Assembly (NCBI GenBank): GCA_000934665.2
Contig: JYFJ02001408.1
Coordinates: 1-64,000, forward strand
Length of the DNA stretch: 64,000 nucleotides
Reading direction: 5' to 3'
Source of the DNA: Catajapyx aquilonaris
Taxonomy: Eukaryota
Position numbers and translations under genes: made by a program. Below are positions 1-14,100 of the stretch, one piece after another. Every line of letters starts with the position of its first letter. Positions within the stretch are counted from its first letter, which is position 1. The notes beneath the pieces are model-generated. The model was not told where the DNA came from. It searched no databases and saw only the letters and a list, made by a program, of their open reading frames with translations.

Positions 1-2668
1 TTATACGACGACGTAAATTTCCTTTCAGAAGCAGTAAAACTGTCCCCATGTACCCTTCTCAAATTAAGAAAAAAACTCGCATAATTTTCGATGACATATC
101 GCGAATTAAGGGTGCAGACAGTGAAAAATTCCGCAGTCTGCGCTGAGCATATCTCCAAGCCACGCAGCCAAGCCAGCCAGTCCTATATAAAAGAGAAGAG
201 ACTATATACACTGCGGTTGCTCCATTCATTGTTGACATCTCCCCCAGCAAGTGTGCCACTCCGGATTTCGCCACTCCCTGCAGGCATCCTGTTTTTATTC
301 TCGTTCCGTAAATCTCGTCCAAAAGCTGAAAACTCAAGACGAACGAGGTGAAAAATGTCGCCTCCCCATCCCTTGTAGTATAAGTAAGTTGGCATCGGTT
401 GGCATCCTGAAAGACGACCTCTCGACAACGACTCTCTTTCGCACTAAAATAGAGCCTCAAAGTGCCGTGCATTAAACTCGTGCAAAAGACACACACACAC
501 ACACAAGCCAAACCTTTCGAGCTTGTTCCCACCCCAGAGATTATTTCAGGACTGAAACTCTGCCTGAACAAACAATACTTTTTTTTCTTCCTTCAGCCAC
601 TCGCGTTCCACTTCTCCAACACTTAGTTAATAGCCCGAGATGCAATAATTTGCACGTGGCTATACGTTGTCAAATGCTGGGGAAAACTCTGCCAGAAATA
701 TTTTTTGAAGAGGTGAATTGCAATGTGACATCTCTTCATGTGGGCCATCTTTAAAAAGCGAATCTAATAATATTAATAAAATAAAATAATGTATAGCTTT
801 ATTCACGGAATCACAACTACACTTTAGTGACCTAAATTAATTATATTTACAAGCTAACTTCCTTACTTCATTATATAGGTTGTAGTAAACTCTACCTTTT
901 TCTGATTGCCACCAGTTGCAAAAGTGAGGCATCATTTTACAACTCAAGAGAATTTTCAGAAAACTTTCAGCTGTTTGAAAATTCTTGCCCCTTTAAAAAT
1001 TGCGCAGTTTTTGAAACTCATTAAAAGAACTGAAGAATTGATCTTCAAAACCTCTTCCTTCCGCCCTATCCTATACCATTATCAAGTTGGCAACAAGCTT
1101 GAGTGCAGGTAGGGTCAGCAGTCTCGGCGGATTCTTGGCAATTAGGGGATGACCACTCAGGGAATCTTCTAATTGTGGCCTCATTACCCACCAGGTAAAC
1201 GAGACTACTTCAGGTAAATGAGGCACACGAGTTCCCCTTCCCCTTATTCGCCTCTCTGCCTCTTGATTGTATTGCTTTACCTTTTCTCCCCGGCTTCCGT
1301 AATGAGGTCCAGGTAACTGCTCCCCAACTCATTAGTTGGCAGAAAATGAAAAGGAAGGAGGGAGAAAAAAAAGAGAGAAAAGGCAAATGGTTCAGATATT
1401 GACGCTGGAACCCTGCCAATAGATTGGATCCTCAGCGGTCAGTCTGACGGGTATAATTGTGACCCTCGATTCGGACAAACAGATGATGTTACCACTTTGG
1501 GAAGAAAAACAGATCAGAAAATAATATTGGGGGAGAAACTGCTGCGACTTGTTCCAATCTGATTTGTAGCAAAACAGGCGGATATTGAATTGTGGTAACA
1601 ATACCCTCCTATTATCTGATGGTAACTGTTGCATAATATAATGTGCGAGGTTGTCACACAAATTGGAATATTTCTTTTCGTTTTTTGGGGCAGAATTTTT
1701 GGCTATAAATCGTGGGTATCGTTGAGATTTATTTATAAGCAACATGTGCCGGATGTGCTTGGATATACTTGTCGCGCGAAATATAAGTTTTGTCACGGGT
1801 GTGCTGCAACCTCTTTAAAATATTTCATCGCCACGCTCGTTAGGTGGCTGAGAGGTGCATGGCCCCTTGTTCTGACCCACAATGCTTGCCTTTTGCCTGG
1901 TCTGCTGAACACTGCTGCGATGGGTGTGGTCCAAAGAGGTGGCAAAATTTGGGAGTCTCATGGGGGGAATCCTGTCAAGGGAGTGTAAATTTGCGGCAGG
2001 ACTTGTTGGGGGGGTTAAGATTCGGCATTGTTGGGGACCTGACACGAGGGCTTGGCAATGATTGTGATGGCAGGTATACAAAATATTCCACCTTGGCTTC
2101 AATTTTTGCAAGTGGCGTGAGTCATGTCTCTCACAATGCTCGAGCACATTGTTAGCGTAGTTTTCGGAGCCAATGTTGACGGCTCAACACTTGGCGGTGC
2201 CCACGCACGCGAATATTTTGGCACCAGAGACAAGCCCCAGGCCGGATGATGCGGGGACAGCCCTGACTCAAAACACATCATTACAATTAGAGTATGCTAA
2301 GCACGACATATCACAGGAGCTGGCCTTCGGGATGGCCACTATTTTTAGTTTCATCACGGGTGAGGCGCATTTGAGCAGCACAAGTATGTGTCTGGGGGAT
2401 TATGTACTGTCGCTAACAGAAAAAGCAACGAATATTCTATATAATGTACGGTACTAGCAGGAGAGCCGTTCTTCGCGCGGGGATTGACAAATGGTTAGAG
2501 GGAATGACAGGGAGGTGAGGAGGATAGGAGAGCCATCTGTGGTGCTCGTAACAATTGCAGCAGATGAGAAATAAAACATCATGTTAAAATCCCACCATTT
2601 GTGGTATTTATACTCAAAAAGGTGTCGCTTTTGGACATTTTCCTCAATCAGTGGCATTTACGACATCG

Positions 2669-2770
2669 GTGTGTCAAGTTTCAGTGCTCCCAGTAGTCTT
2701 AAAGTGGGTTAGGTAGGCCGGACAAACATACGTAGATACCAACAAACTTTCCCGTTTATAAGCATAGAGA
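2669..2770 (-). mobile_element. Possible 5' end fragment of a non-autonomous Helitron-like element (Lep1-like layout)
   Basis: The minus strand reads a|TCtctatgcttataaacgggaaagtttgttggtatctacgtatgtttgtccgg ... ctgaaacttgacacac. This resembles, from recall, the A|TC..TATAAA..GAAAGTTTG(TTTG/TATG)n start of arthropod non-autonomous Helitrons. No 3' hairpin/CTRR end was identified and no library search was run. Confidence 0.35.
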
Positions 2771-4353
2771 TTAGTAAAATGATGACGGCCATATCAACTC
2801 AAAATAGATTTCAAACCCGAATTATTGCAATTCCAGCTAAAAGAGTGATTCGCTATACTATTTCAGCAAATATCACTCGCTGGTTCACTACAAAATCCTT
2901 CCTTTTTATCACATCTCCAGCCAGGAAGTTGTTTCAAGAGTATATAATTATATACCGACAGTGTAACGACTCAGGCGAGAAATACCGCCAGTTGACAATA
3001 ATTAGAACCGAAAACGAGCCGAAAAAAGGTGAACATTACTGCAAAGTTAGAGGTCCCAGCAATTAATTGTCTTTCGTCTAGAGTCTCTTCCAAGCAGGGC
3101 CAAAGGGCGACAAATTTTCATTACAGGTTGGAGGGAAAGTAATAGCTATAAAGAAGAGCTGCGGAATTTGTAAGTAGTGGTGAAAAGAGCCCAACCGACA
3201 GCCAACTGATTTCCCCTCCCAACTCGCCCAATTTTAGATTTGGGCGGAAACTTCATCCATCACCTGTCTCCTTGGGTCTATCCCAACCCTCAACCTCCTT
3301 TCACCTCATTTACCACTCGGGCTTGCCACTTTTTCGCGACCGTTGCCAGCTCAGCAGAAATTGGCGAGCAAACATGGCCGCTCCAAGTGACGCGCTTCTT
3401 GCCGGACTCATTTGTTTTCGCGCGATGGCCAATCAGTGGTCAGCACAAACGCGGGGAATCCCCCCCCCCCCCCCAAACACGTGTCACTTCACATCCAATT
3501 ACACCTTTTTGGGGGGAACGGAGCTCTGAAGACATCAAAGGCGGCGGCGGCAACAAAATAATGGGAAACTAACTGCGCGGCTAGGATTATACAAGAGGCA
3601 GGGAAGACCCCCACCACCAACTATTTTTTTTATCGCCATTAGCAAACTTGCCAAGTTGCCTCGGCACAAAATTTTCTAATTTATACCAGAGATGATTAAT
3701 AACTCGCGGGCGACATATCCGATCCTGGCAAGGCATGACCTGGCAGGTGCCCTATTTTCTCTTCCGACGAATCCTGGGAGAAGGAAAGAAGAAGAGTTGT
3801 AAAAAAAAGGGATGAAGATGTGAGACGTGAAGACGAACTGAAGAGAGCCATTGTCTCCGGGCTGCCAAATGGGACTGAGTCTCCTTCCAACTCCGCCATC
3901 CGTCTTCTAAATATGGCGTACGAGGATGAATGCTTCTAGTTACTGTAATGGGACACAAGACAAAGAGGACAGGATGTATCATGGAGACGGCCCCGGAGGA
4001 GACTGAACAGGAGGGGTGGTAGGGGCACGTAATTTCCAGAGAAGTTTCCAGCACATCAAGGAAGATAGCCTCCGACTTGCTGGATGGTAATTTTTGACTG
4101 ATATTGAGAAGCGTAATTACGGCTTTCAGATTCAATTAAGTTGGTGAAGCACGATCAGCCATTTATGAAATGTTTCTATACAAGCCCTTAATGATGTAGC
4201 CAAGTTTTTGTCGAATTTTCACTAGTATAACCCATTTTGTATATACAGGCCTATATGAGACAGGAACAATTTTTCACAGAGAATTTGCAACAAAATAAAA
4301 AAATTGCACATTAAATTATATTGTGTGAAATATGTACCTTAGGCTACTTACAG

Positions 4354-4483
4354 GCTTTCGGTGAGAGCCATGCAAAATTAATGTGATGTAATGTAAAAAT
4401 AATGTTATAATTTACTGTCAATTATAACATTATTTTTATATTACATTTACATTAATTTATTGACACGTTTTCATTTCCGAAGC
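4354..4483. repeat. AT-rich inverted repeat / MITE-like palindrome
   Basis: Core arms 4375-4412 (aaattaatgtgatgtaatgtaaaaataatgttataatt) and 4420-4458 (aattataacattatttttatattacatttacattaattt) are near-perfect reverse complements around a 7-nt loop. Weaker pairing extends to gctttcgg (4354) and ccgaagc (4483). Confidence 0.85.
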
Positions 4484-7400
4484 TTCACTACTGAAACTGA
4501 AACTGGTATACTGTACAGTGAATATACATAAGAAAGGGCAAGTGTCGTATATTATTTGCAAGGAACTGATGCAAATCCAATGCAGATAAGTTATTTGCAA
4601 CGGATTATGATTTATAATGGAAATAGTAAACCACAGTTTGTTAGCAAATTGTGACTTCTGCTCAATTCATCAATCCAGGTTATTATAGTAATGCATATTT
4701 CCGCTGGCAACCTCAAATTAATCTCTTTTGCAAACGACACCGATTCCTATCTCGAAAGGCCAAAAAAAAGTTGGCGGAAAAAACAAACGGTTGGGCGAAC
4801 AAAAAAAAAATAGTTTTTATCCCACTTTTTTTGGCAGATCCTGCAAACAGCACCCTACACGAACGATAAGAAGCTTAATTGCTAAAATTTCGCAGATAAG
4901 AAGCTTGCAGGATATGTGATTTGCTTTGTGTTTTGTCAACACCTATATACATAATGGTGACTAAACGCAGCAATTTTCTAGTCTGGCTCTAACAAGGTTG
5001 TGCTTCGTCCATTTTAAGCTATTCAAGCCCGAATTTTGTGCTAATAAGAGTTAATCTTGCCCCCCAGCAATATTGAGTCGATCGTTCCTACTGCAAAAAC
5101 AGGACATATCATGTCCCAAGTGAGCGCCCATTTGGCCACGGCTAACACTCAAACCGCAGCCAGCCTATAAGATGAAGATTTCAGATTCCACTTGACTTCA
5201 CATACCGCCGAAAAAACACCCAGCTCCCAAAAGCCACCACGACGAATTCCCTGCGAAACTAGCCGACTCCAAGCTATTTCCCTTGCCATGTCTTTACGAC
5301 CCCTAAGAAAACGGTAGCTCACCCGTCAAACCCTCTCTAAAATTCAAATCTGACGTCTACTTTTAGCTGTCGGAAGTTTCTCCCCTAAAACTTGAACCCG
5401 ACTGTGTTTGGGGTGCAAATGGACCGGGTTCGGGGAGGACCATATACCCGACACCCTTTCCGAAAATTTAGTGGGGGTCCTTTGTTTGCTTGTGTGGCGG
5501 TCCGAGTCTCCTCTAGAAAAGTTTCCTGCCCAATTTTCTTCCTCATTGTGCCTCAAATAACGCCGCCTCCATATAGAGATGGGTCTGCTGCCAGCTAGAG
5601 GTCAGGTCATTAGCGACGCTTTGACTCGCGCATGACGCAGGGGTGGCTGCCATCTTGGTTTATGACGTCACACCAGCCGATTCGCGTCGCCTCTGATGCA
5701 CAGGGTGACTCGAAAGTTATTCAGAAACAGTTGGTGAACTTGCATAATCCTATAAATTGGCTTCCGCACACTCATTACTTCAATAACAATTAAAATTAAT
5801 TAAACACCGAAATTACATTAACGACGAGGCTGCGGACTTTACATTTCTACAATATATCAACTTGCTAGAAATAAATCCTAATAATCATGTAAATTTGAGG
5901 TATTTGGACTAATAAAAGTACAGTTTTCCGACTTTTCCGTCAGATGCACGTAAGACATAAGTGTGACGCACTCTCAGTTGTCCGAAAGTGGACAAACTTT
6001 CTGTTTTATTATAAAGGATTTCTGGTCCTTATGAGTTCGAGCTGTCGGAACACCCTGTATGCAAAGGGTCGTATGCAAAGCACATTTGTCGCGGCTTTTT
6101 GGGGACAGCGCAGCACAAGGAAGGGTGTCTGGTGACCCTTGTCGCCGTTCCTCTGCCTGATCAAAGGCGGCTTATATATGTACCTCTTCTGTCTTCTGTC
6201 TTCTTCGGAAAAGGCCGCTTGCTTGCCCGCATTGGTTGCTGCTGGTTGTGGTCTGAACGGAAGCAGCGGCGGTCGGTCCGCCAAAAAGACTACCCTCTTT
6301 CCCGCCTCTCTAATTAGCTCTACATTATGGCCACCCAGCTAAAGGCTCGCTTTTCTAGCCAGAAGACATGATGGAGACCACAGTGCCATCCTCAAGTTTC
6401 GACTGAGTAATGGCTGACATTCCGCAGTTTGAAGCTATATTTATCCGACTGCAAATTTTGGAGAAAACAGTTGTACTTACTGATAAAAATTGAACAAAAA
6501 TGTGACATGTATGCATGAAGGTAAGATAAAAGACCACCTATAACAGCTTTTAAAGTTTCAAACAATTGAAGCCATTTAACGCACAATTTCACGACTCCGA
6601 AATGAAATTAGGATTAAGCTCCATTCTGGTCAGGTCTCTCTGCTGCTGGACATGGCACACAAAATGTCGCACAAACTCGAGTCTTGTCGCCACCCCCTTT
6701 TTCCCTCCTGTCCCCCATGAAACTTGCCCCATATCTTACATGCTCCAACAGCAGCTGCCAGCATCTCATTAGTGACGAAAGAAAACGCCCCATTTAACTC
6801 TGAAGCCGCTTGCTTTTCCTTGGGGAAATGGGCGGTTCAGTATCCAACGCATTCATCCTCACATTAGGCGGCTCCCATTACCTCTGCACCAATTAGGGGA
6901 TAGTTAGGTACAGAAGGTACCCCCTCCCTCTGTACATAATCCAAGCAGGATAGGGGGGGCACACTTCCCAAGCATTAATTAGTCCCATACAAAACCACAT
7001 GTATATACTACGCAGACGCCACTCCCTTGCAGGTAGATTGACTTTTTACATGCCCACCTGAGAGAGTGGCCACAAATTCAATAATTCAGGCTCCACCTTT
7101 CGAGCTTCCTCCCTGCCGAGAAAATTATTTCCTTCCTGCTTTATTCCATCCTCTAAGCCCCGCCATTAGACCGAATTAACTACGGTGGTTCGAAGAGATT
7201 AAAATATTATATATATCCGTTTCCTGTCCCACCTTTCTATGTTCAGGCTTACAATTAAAGCATCGGGGCCAGCAGCTAAGTGTAATTGCATTAGAACCCA
7301 CCCGTACCATTCAATATTTATCACAATGAAAAGTAGCAGTGGGGGTTGAATCAGGCGAATCCGACCAATCAGCAAGTCGGCATACACTCAGGAAATGGAA

Positions 7401-10400
7401 CTAATTACACGGGGTTGTGACCACATTGTCGCAGCCAGCGGATGGTTTTGCACAGGGCCACAGCTTACAGTGCTGGGGGGTTTATGACCACCAAAATGTA
7501 ATTTTTCAAGAAATTGGTTGAACCCTGTCATTGTCTTCACTTTTGGAGTCCTCTTGATTATAGAGCAGGGGTGAGGAAAAACACATTTTGAAAGGGGGGG
7601 GGGGGACTACCGATCATTGCTGGAGACAGACTGATGGAGTCAAGCTCGGCCACAACACCTGGGAAGAGTTACTTTCCTGCGTTAGGAAAATTGAAGAGTG
7701 ATTCATAATATTCTGGAGAGGTCGTGTGTGGTCTGGCCACTCACTTTCAGGCCTCAATTTTAATAATATAAGTTGTATTCTTTAAATAATTTTGGTGGCT
7801 TTTGTTTTAGCTCCGCCGGACTGCTTTTAGGCGAAAGTTTTCTTCCAACTCTGTTGATTGAGCAATTTGAAGCAATTTTACTGGAAATTTTACCAACAAG
7901 TTTATTCTAATTCGCGGGACATTATTTTGCTCTACAATAATAATGGAGCTACTTACTCTATCTACAATATGAATTGCACCCAAAATAATTGTTAATTTAT
8001 GTGCACTCTCAAGAGTGTCGTTCACTTCAGGTATAGTTCTGCAATACTGAATATCGGCAATAAGCCAAGGTTATTTCTTGGCACTTGAATTTAATTGTGT
8101 GTGATCTCAGCGGCTGAAAGTTGTATCATGTGCACTGTAATAAATTGATTAACATTAGTAACTCGCATTACACGGCATGCCAAATTCTTTGACAGCCGTA
8201 AAAATAATAATCCCATCTTATTCAGGTCGATCCAATATAAGACTTCATGAAATTGACAACATGGTGTGACTTTATTGAACACCTTGCCATTTTTAGCAGG
8301 AATATTTTTATGGCTGTTACTCACAACGACACGTTTAGCAATCTTTGGTGATTTTACAGGCCGGAAAGATCATATCAAAGTTTCTGAATAATTCGATGTA
8401 TAATAGGTAAGTTAGTGGAATAAAATAGTTTCTTGCATATACATAAAGCACATTTTTCCTTTAAAAATGGCATTAAATCGTTCATCGCTAATCCGTATTA
8501 TGTCCTATAGTTTTACGACACCGCTTCCAAAGATCTCAACGCATTTTTTCCCTTGCTGAAATCCTCTTGTGAGAAAACTCAGCAAAGCATGGTTGCGAAT
8601 GACAATGGAAATAAATAGCTGCCCCACCACGCATGAAATCCGAGTCGGACGTCTAGGGAGCAAAATTCCATGCGAAAGCAGTTCGTGTCTGGACGAAAGG
8701 ACGATGTCAAAGCCTGTCATCCGGGACAGAAGGAACCGGATTCCCCTTTCAGTGAGCGGCAGGTGTTGTGTTTGGGAGGCTCCAAGATGAAGTTAGTTTG
8801 GCCCGAGCCGTCGCACTTCATTTGGGTCGCCTCGTAATAGAGCCGCTGACATGAAGAAGTCTCCTGAAAAATAAAATAAAAAAAGGACTAAGTCACTCAA
8901 CCAGCTGTTCGCTCGACATCACACAAAAAGGGTTATTTTTGGGAATCTCGAAAAGTTTGTACAGGTAATTCAATTTTGAGGACAAATTTTCGCCATTGGT
9001 GGTCCTTTCCCTTCCTTCTCTTATTTTTTTTTTCGGGGTTGTTCAAACCAACCCTATGGAAAAGCAAGTAACCCTCTCGCTCTGCCTGCTGGCATATGGG
9101 GAACCCCGGACTATAGTCAGCAGCTATTATGTCTTTGATTAATCGGTCTGGCAGCCTGAAGGGTGTTGATGAGCCTTCACCTTTCGACAGGCTCGATCGC
9201 CGAGTGGGCTTTGGACCTAATTGCCCGGCAGGGTTGGCAAAGGCCCTTCAGTTGTTCATCTACAGCAAAACCTTCCCCTCACTTCAAAAAAAAAATACAT
9301 TTTTTTCAAGAGCACTCCATCACTTGCTGCGTCATGATGGAAACAAGGTCAGAATCAGACCATGTCCGCGTCTTCTATTCAGAATGAAAATGACTTACAT
9401 TCAGGGTTGGTAACAGTTCTCTGGGAATCATGACATAATTAAGGGTACATGGCAGCAACAGCATATGTGCAAGCTAACTCTCTCTCCTACATTTCTGTTC
9501 ATGAAAAATCCGGCTTAATTTTCTGCCTCTCAAGATTTTCTTTTTTTCAAGAAGAAATTCTTTTTTAGGGTTGTGGTTTGAAAAGTTGCCTCTCGGGCGG
9601 TGCAGGCAGTCAACCGTTATTTTATATGAAGTTAAAAATTTCAACTCCACTTACTTTTTTTTTTCTAAAGTAGGCCTACTCTGCAGACTACATGTTCATA
9701 ATGAGACAACATGTAATCATCATACTTTTTGACAGGTTTGGATTTTTGCATGGTGGCAATTGAAACAACAGATTGTTACGATATATTCCATTGTAATACA
9801 GGGTGTCCCACAAGTCAAAATAAATGACACAAAAAGTGTTGAGATAAAGGAGTAGCCACCAGGAATGTTCCCTTTGAAGCTGGTTGATTGAGATAGCATG
9901 CCTAACAAGAAATCCTCATTAACATCTGCAAACCGCTTCTCATATCACGACGGATCATCCCACAGCATCAGAGAGGCGGAAGTCAAGCAATCTGGACCAC
10001 CGGAGTAGTCTACATATAGAATCTCACCTCAGAATGATTATGCTATCAAAAAGACCGCTTAATCCCGCTACATACACGCTGCACTTCCTTATCAAAGCCC
10101 TCCATATGTTGTAACCTACACGTGCCCATCCAGATAGAGACCAAACCTCGTTACAGAATCGAAAGGAGCCAAGGTGGTAGCGGAACGCTTTTAGCACATG
10201 ATGCAGCATCAGAAGAGGAGCCAACCTGTGCTTGAAGGGGTTAACACCGTGCCCTAATTACCCCAGGGAACGAGGCGGCACGACTTACATCCAGTGTGTG
10301 CTGCCACTTATCCAGATATAAGACATGGGAGTGGGTGGTTTTCGAACAAAGGACCCAGACGCGTCCAGTTGGCAAACCACGCCACTGAACCACACTCGAC

Positions 10401-11160
10401 TAAACTTGGCAAGTGTAAAAGGCTTGCGCAGGAAAAAGCCAGACCTCGTGTGTTGATAGATTCGCTCTACCCCAGAGTCGCTCGAGACTTGCTAAATGGC
10501 CTGCTTCATTTCGATACGCCGACTCCATTTGTCTCTTAAATGATGCTGACCCCCGCTACTTGGCGCCACCCTTTAATTAATGGCAGCAGTCTTATCCTTT
10601 TTTACTTCCAGACTGATGCAAAGGAGGGGGATGCTGCTGATGCCTGATGGACCAAAATATCAAGGAGTGGAACTGGGGCTGGATTTATATACTCGGGATG
10701 CTGCGGGACGTAATTTATACCCAAACCATTGTGCGAGTATCAGGTGGAAATTACAAGGTTACTTAGATATCACTATCACCTTTCGTGATAAATATTCCTC
10801 TGGACGAGGATGTAAAAAAAAGCAGAGCATCCAGTTTTTTGTCATGGAGTTTCACTCACCTCCAATTCGTCTTACTTCACATCACACATGAATTGAACTT
10901 AATTTTCCATCAATTCAACTCGCAGTTTCCCAATCATTGTCAACGCTGGGTTCTTATAGCCTCCTCAAAATGTCCAGTACGTAAGTTCATATTTTTATCC
11001 CAAGCAGGTAGGCAACCCACCAGCCTCTCTAGCATTGCGTGTGGCCTGCTTCCAGTCCACAGAAGTCACAACAGTGTTTCACATCCAAAGGTGGACCACC
11101 CAAAATCTACAGCAATCACACGCCTGACGGCACACACCTCATTTCATCCCCTCCAAATAT

Positions 11161-11162
<2 letters not shown>

Positions 11163-11192
<30 letters not shown>
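11163..11192. repeat. (AG)15 microsatellite
   Basis: Uninterrupted AG dinucleotide run seen directly. Confidence 0.95.
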
Positions 11193-11196
<4 letters not shown>

Positions 11197-14100
11197 TTAT
11201 TCTTAAATAATCCACCCACCCACCCCTCAATATAAAATCACCCACAAAAAAAATTTGAAATTCCCCCATCTCCCCCCCGTATAAAGTTATTATTTTGGTC
11301 TCATTTTAGTGTGAATAAATCACCGGCACGTCAAGAGTTGGCGCGGATTACGAGAACCCGAGGGCGGAGCCGCCCCATTTTAATGATAAGAGTGTGCTGG
11401 TGTACAGGTGGACACAACTGCGCTGGTGGTATTGTATATCACGAAGCCGTCACGCCCTTTGCATCGTAATTTAGGGCCATTCCGCCCTGTCCCACTCATT
11501 TTCACACGTATCAATTGTACCAGGCTGAGCTCTCAGGCCAAAGCCATTGGCGCTCCGAACCACCCTTTATCACAGCCAGTGATGTCATCGAACGGACCTT
11601 TCTAACTGGTTGGTGACTCTTTTTGTCGGGGAGAAGGTTGGGCCTAGCTGCCATAATACCTAATCGTTCTATGATTTCTCAGAAGGGACACTTTTTCGGC
11701 ACCAATTTTCAATCAGTGTGGAGCGAAATTACAGGCCATATAGCCAAGAGGTAATGTTAGCTAATGCACATGTTATTAAGTCACTGAGTATTCTCAATGT
11801 AGCATTAGCAAATACACATGAGTGAGCGCATGAGGAACTGCTGAACTAATTGGGATGGCATCATTATAACTCGTTATCCGCAATTAGGCCTTCATATATG
11901 CACTCGGGATGTTCGAAGCGTAACATTGCCATGGCCATAAATCATAGCATACTAGTCAGGGTTACATCTTATTCTAGCCAAGTGTGCACTAATATACAGC
12001 AGGGACAAAGCCTTGATGTATATGCATAACTAGCAGAGGACCCAGAGGACCCCATCTTCGTACCTTGTACGGGGATTGATAAATGAGATAAGTCTGTAAA
12101 ACCTGCACATGATGTATATAGTGAGCGGTCCTAAAATCCTAAATTCTGATATTTAGACCTTCAAAAAAATGCGGGTTTCGTCCTTTTCCATCAATCACAT
12201 CGGTGTGGCAAGTGGATCCGAGAGTGGGTTAGGAATAGCCAACCCGGACAGCATATATATACAGACAAGCTTTCTGCTTTATGCGTGTATACAGATGTAT
12301 CTATGAAATATGAGAAAATAACTGGCATACATGTCTCATTACTTGAACACCAACCGTGCAGCAATCCAGCCGTTGCAGATTGCGGCAATCATTAATCACA
12401 AATAGACGCACGCCTACTTTCAACATTATTTTGCACTCTGCGCCGCGACTAGTTACACCCAAAATATTTCTTAAAAAATTCCGATACGAATCCAGCCTCC
12501 TTGTACTAATCGGTGTGGTCGAGCATGGACCACCCGGTATTTCCTTACACGGAAAAGATAAGATTGCAATATTATAATCAACCCGCGCCGCCTCATATAA
12601 CATGCATCCACATAAATATGAATGTCCGCCGCGCATATCTTCTTTCCACGAGAGAAAAACAGGCTCCAGCTGCTTCTGGGGGCCCGAATCTTATAAACCT
12701 GGGCCGCACATAGACTCATGATCCCCCGGTTAATAAGAGGCGGCATGGCCGGTGGCGCCACACTATACATCCTCATTTGCGCCAAATGGTGGGTATCGAG
12801 TCGTGATTAATATGTCTCCCTCGGGGGTCCGCCTTCCATCCCCCCCCCCCTTTCTTGCCACCCCAACAAACGCCCATGCAGGCCTTTTTGGAACACCTAC
12901 CCTGTGATTATATGCCCCCCACACCTTCCATCCTTTGCAACACTCCCCCCCTCTCTCTTGCTTTTATACTATGTGGTTGGTTGGCTGGTTGGTGCTGGGC
13001 ATCACGGATGGAGCAGAATTAAGATGTCCCTATCCTGTTGCCTTCCGCACCCAACAAGCACGGCCCCACTACTTATTATTACACCCATATCTCGTGACCC
13101 ACACACATGGCGTTCTTCTCATCACACAACCGACCCAACATGTGGGACTTAAAAAAGTACGGGCAAAAATCCATTAGGTGTCGCTGCCATGATGCCCTGA
13201 TGGTGGTAATTGAATTAATGGTTTATTGCACTCACGATCTATGAGGAGGGGGGGGGGAACTCGACGGGGAATCGGGTTTCACGAATGGAGTACTTTTCAA
13301 TTTTGGGAGCGATGGAGTGACATTTTTAGGTTCGTCGGATAACGACTTGTGCACGAGCAGGCCAATTGGATTTGTCTGCACGTATTATAGGTCACACATA
13401 GCTACTAGTTAGTCCTGTCACATTTACCCCGACAATGCACTTGCTTAAGTGACATTATCAAATATTGGTTTGTAAACATACCGTACCATTTAGAAAGTAT
13501 TTTCCTTAGGCGATGTGTAATAACAGAAGGTGATAGGAACCAATTTAATGCGCCTTCAACAACATTGAACCAAATACTGCATTTTGTACACATACATTGC
13601 AGTACGGTATAATGTTGGCATAGCAAGATTTTGTATTGACAATGTTTTGAAAGCATTGTTTCAGTTATTTGGTACAGAAATATTTGAGACCTGTGTTGGC
13701 AGGGTCATTACTGCACTTATTTCCACTGACTTCCAAACAGAAAATTACGCTCTGCGGTATGGCCTAATCTGACTTACAGATCATAACACAACAACGGTTT
13801 CATGCACTTGGTCCTGCTGTACCACCTCTTGCGTGAAGCGATAAAATTCTCGAGGTGCTGTACAACCTGCAATCAGCGATTTAAACTCTACAAGATGTAG
13901 TACCTGAATGACACCAAGGCCTAAGAAAAAGGACAAAACGAACCATTGTCCTTCAATTACTCCACTCGCCCACCCTTTTTGCCACCCTTATGTAGGCAAA
14001 GGAACGTTGCAATCAAGTCACTATATGACACACAATGCCTGACACAAAAAAAAATCGCAGAGAATGTCATTACAAAAGTGACAAACCTATTCTCTTGAGA

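Noticed and set aside
5701..6059. Possible mariner-like MITE bounded by cagggtg...caccctgta, plus lone TA-CAGGGTG-type ends near 9797, 39799 and 63341
   Set aside because: Only about 12 of 16 terminal bases match, the left TA is missing, and the other ends are unpaired.
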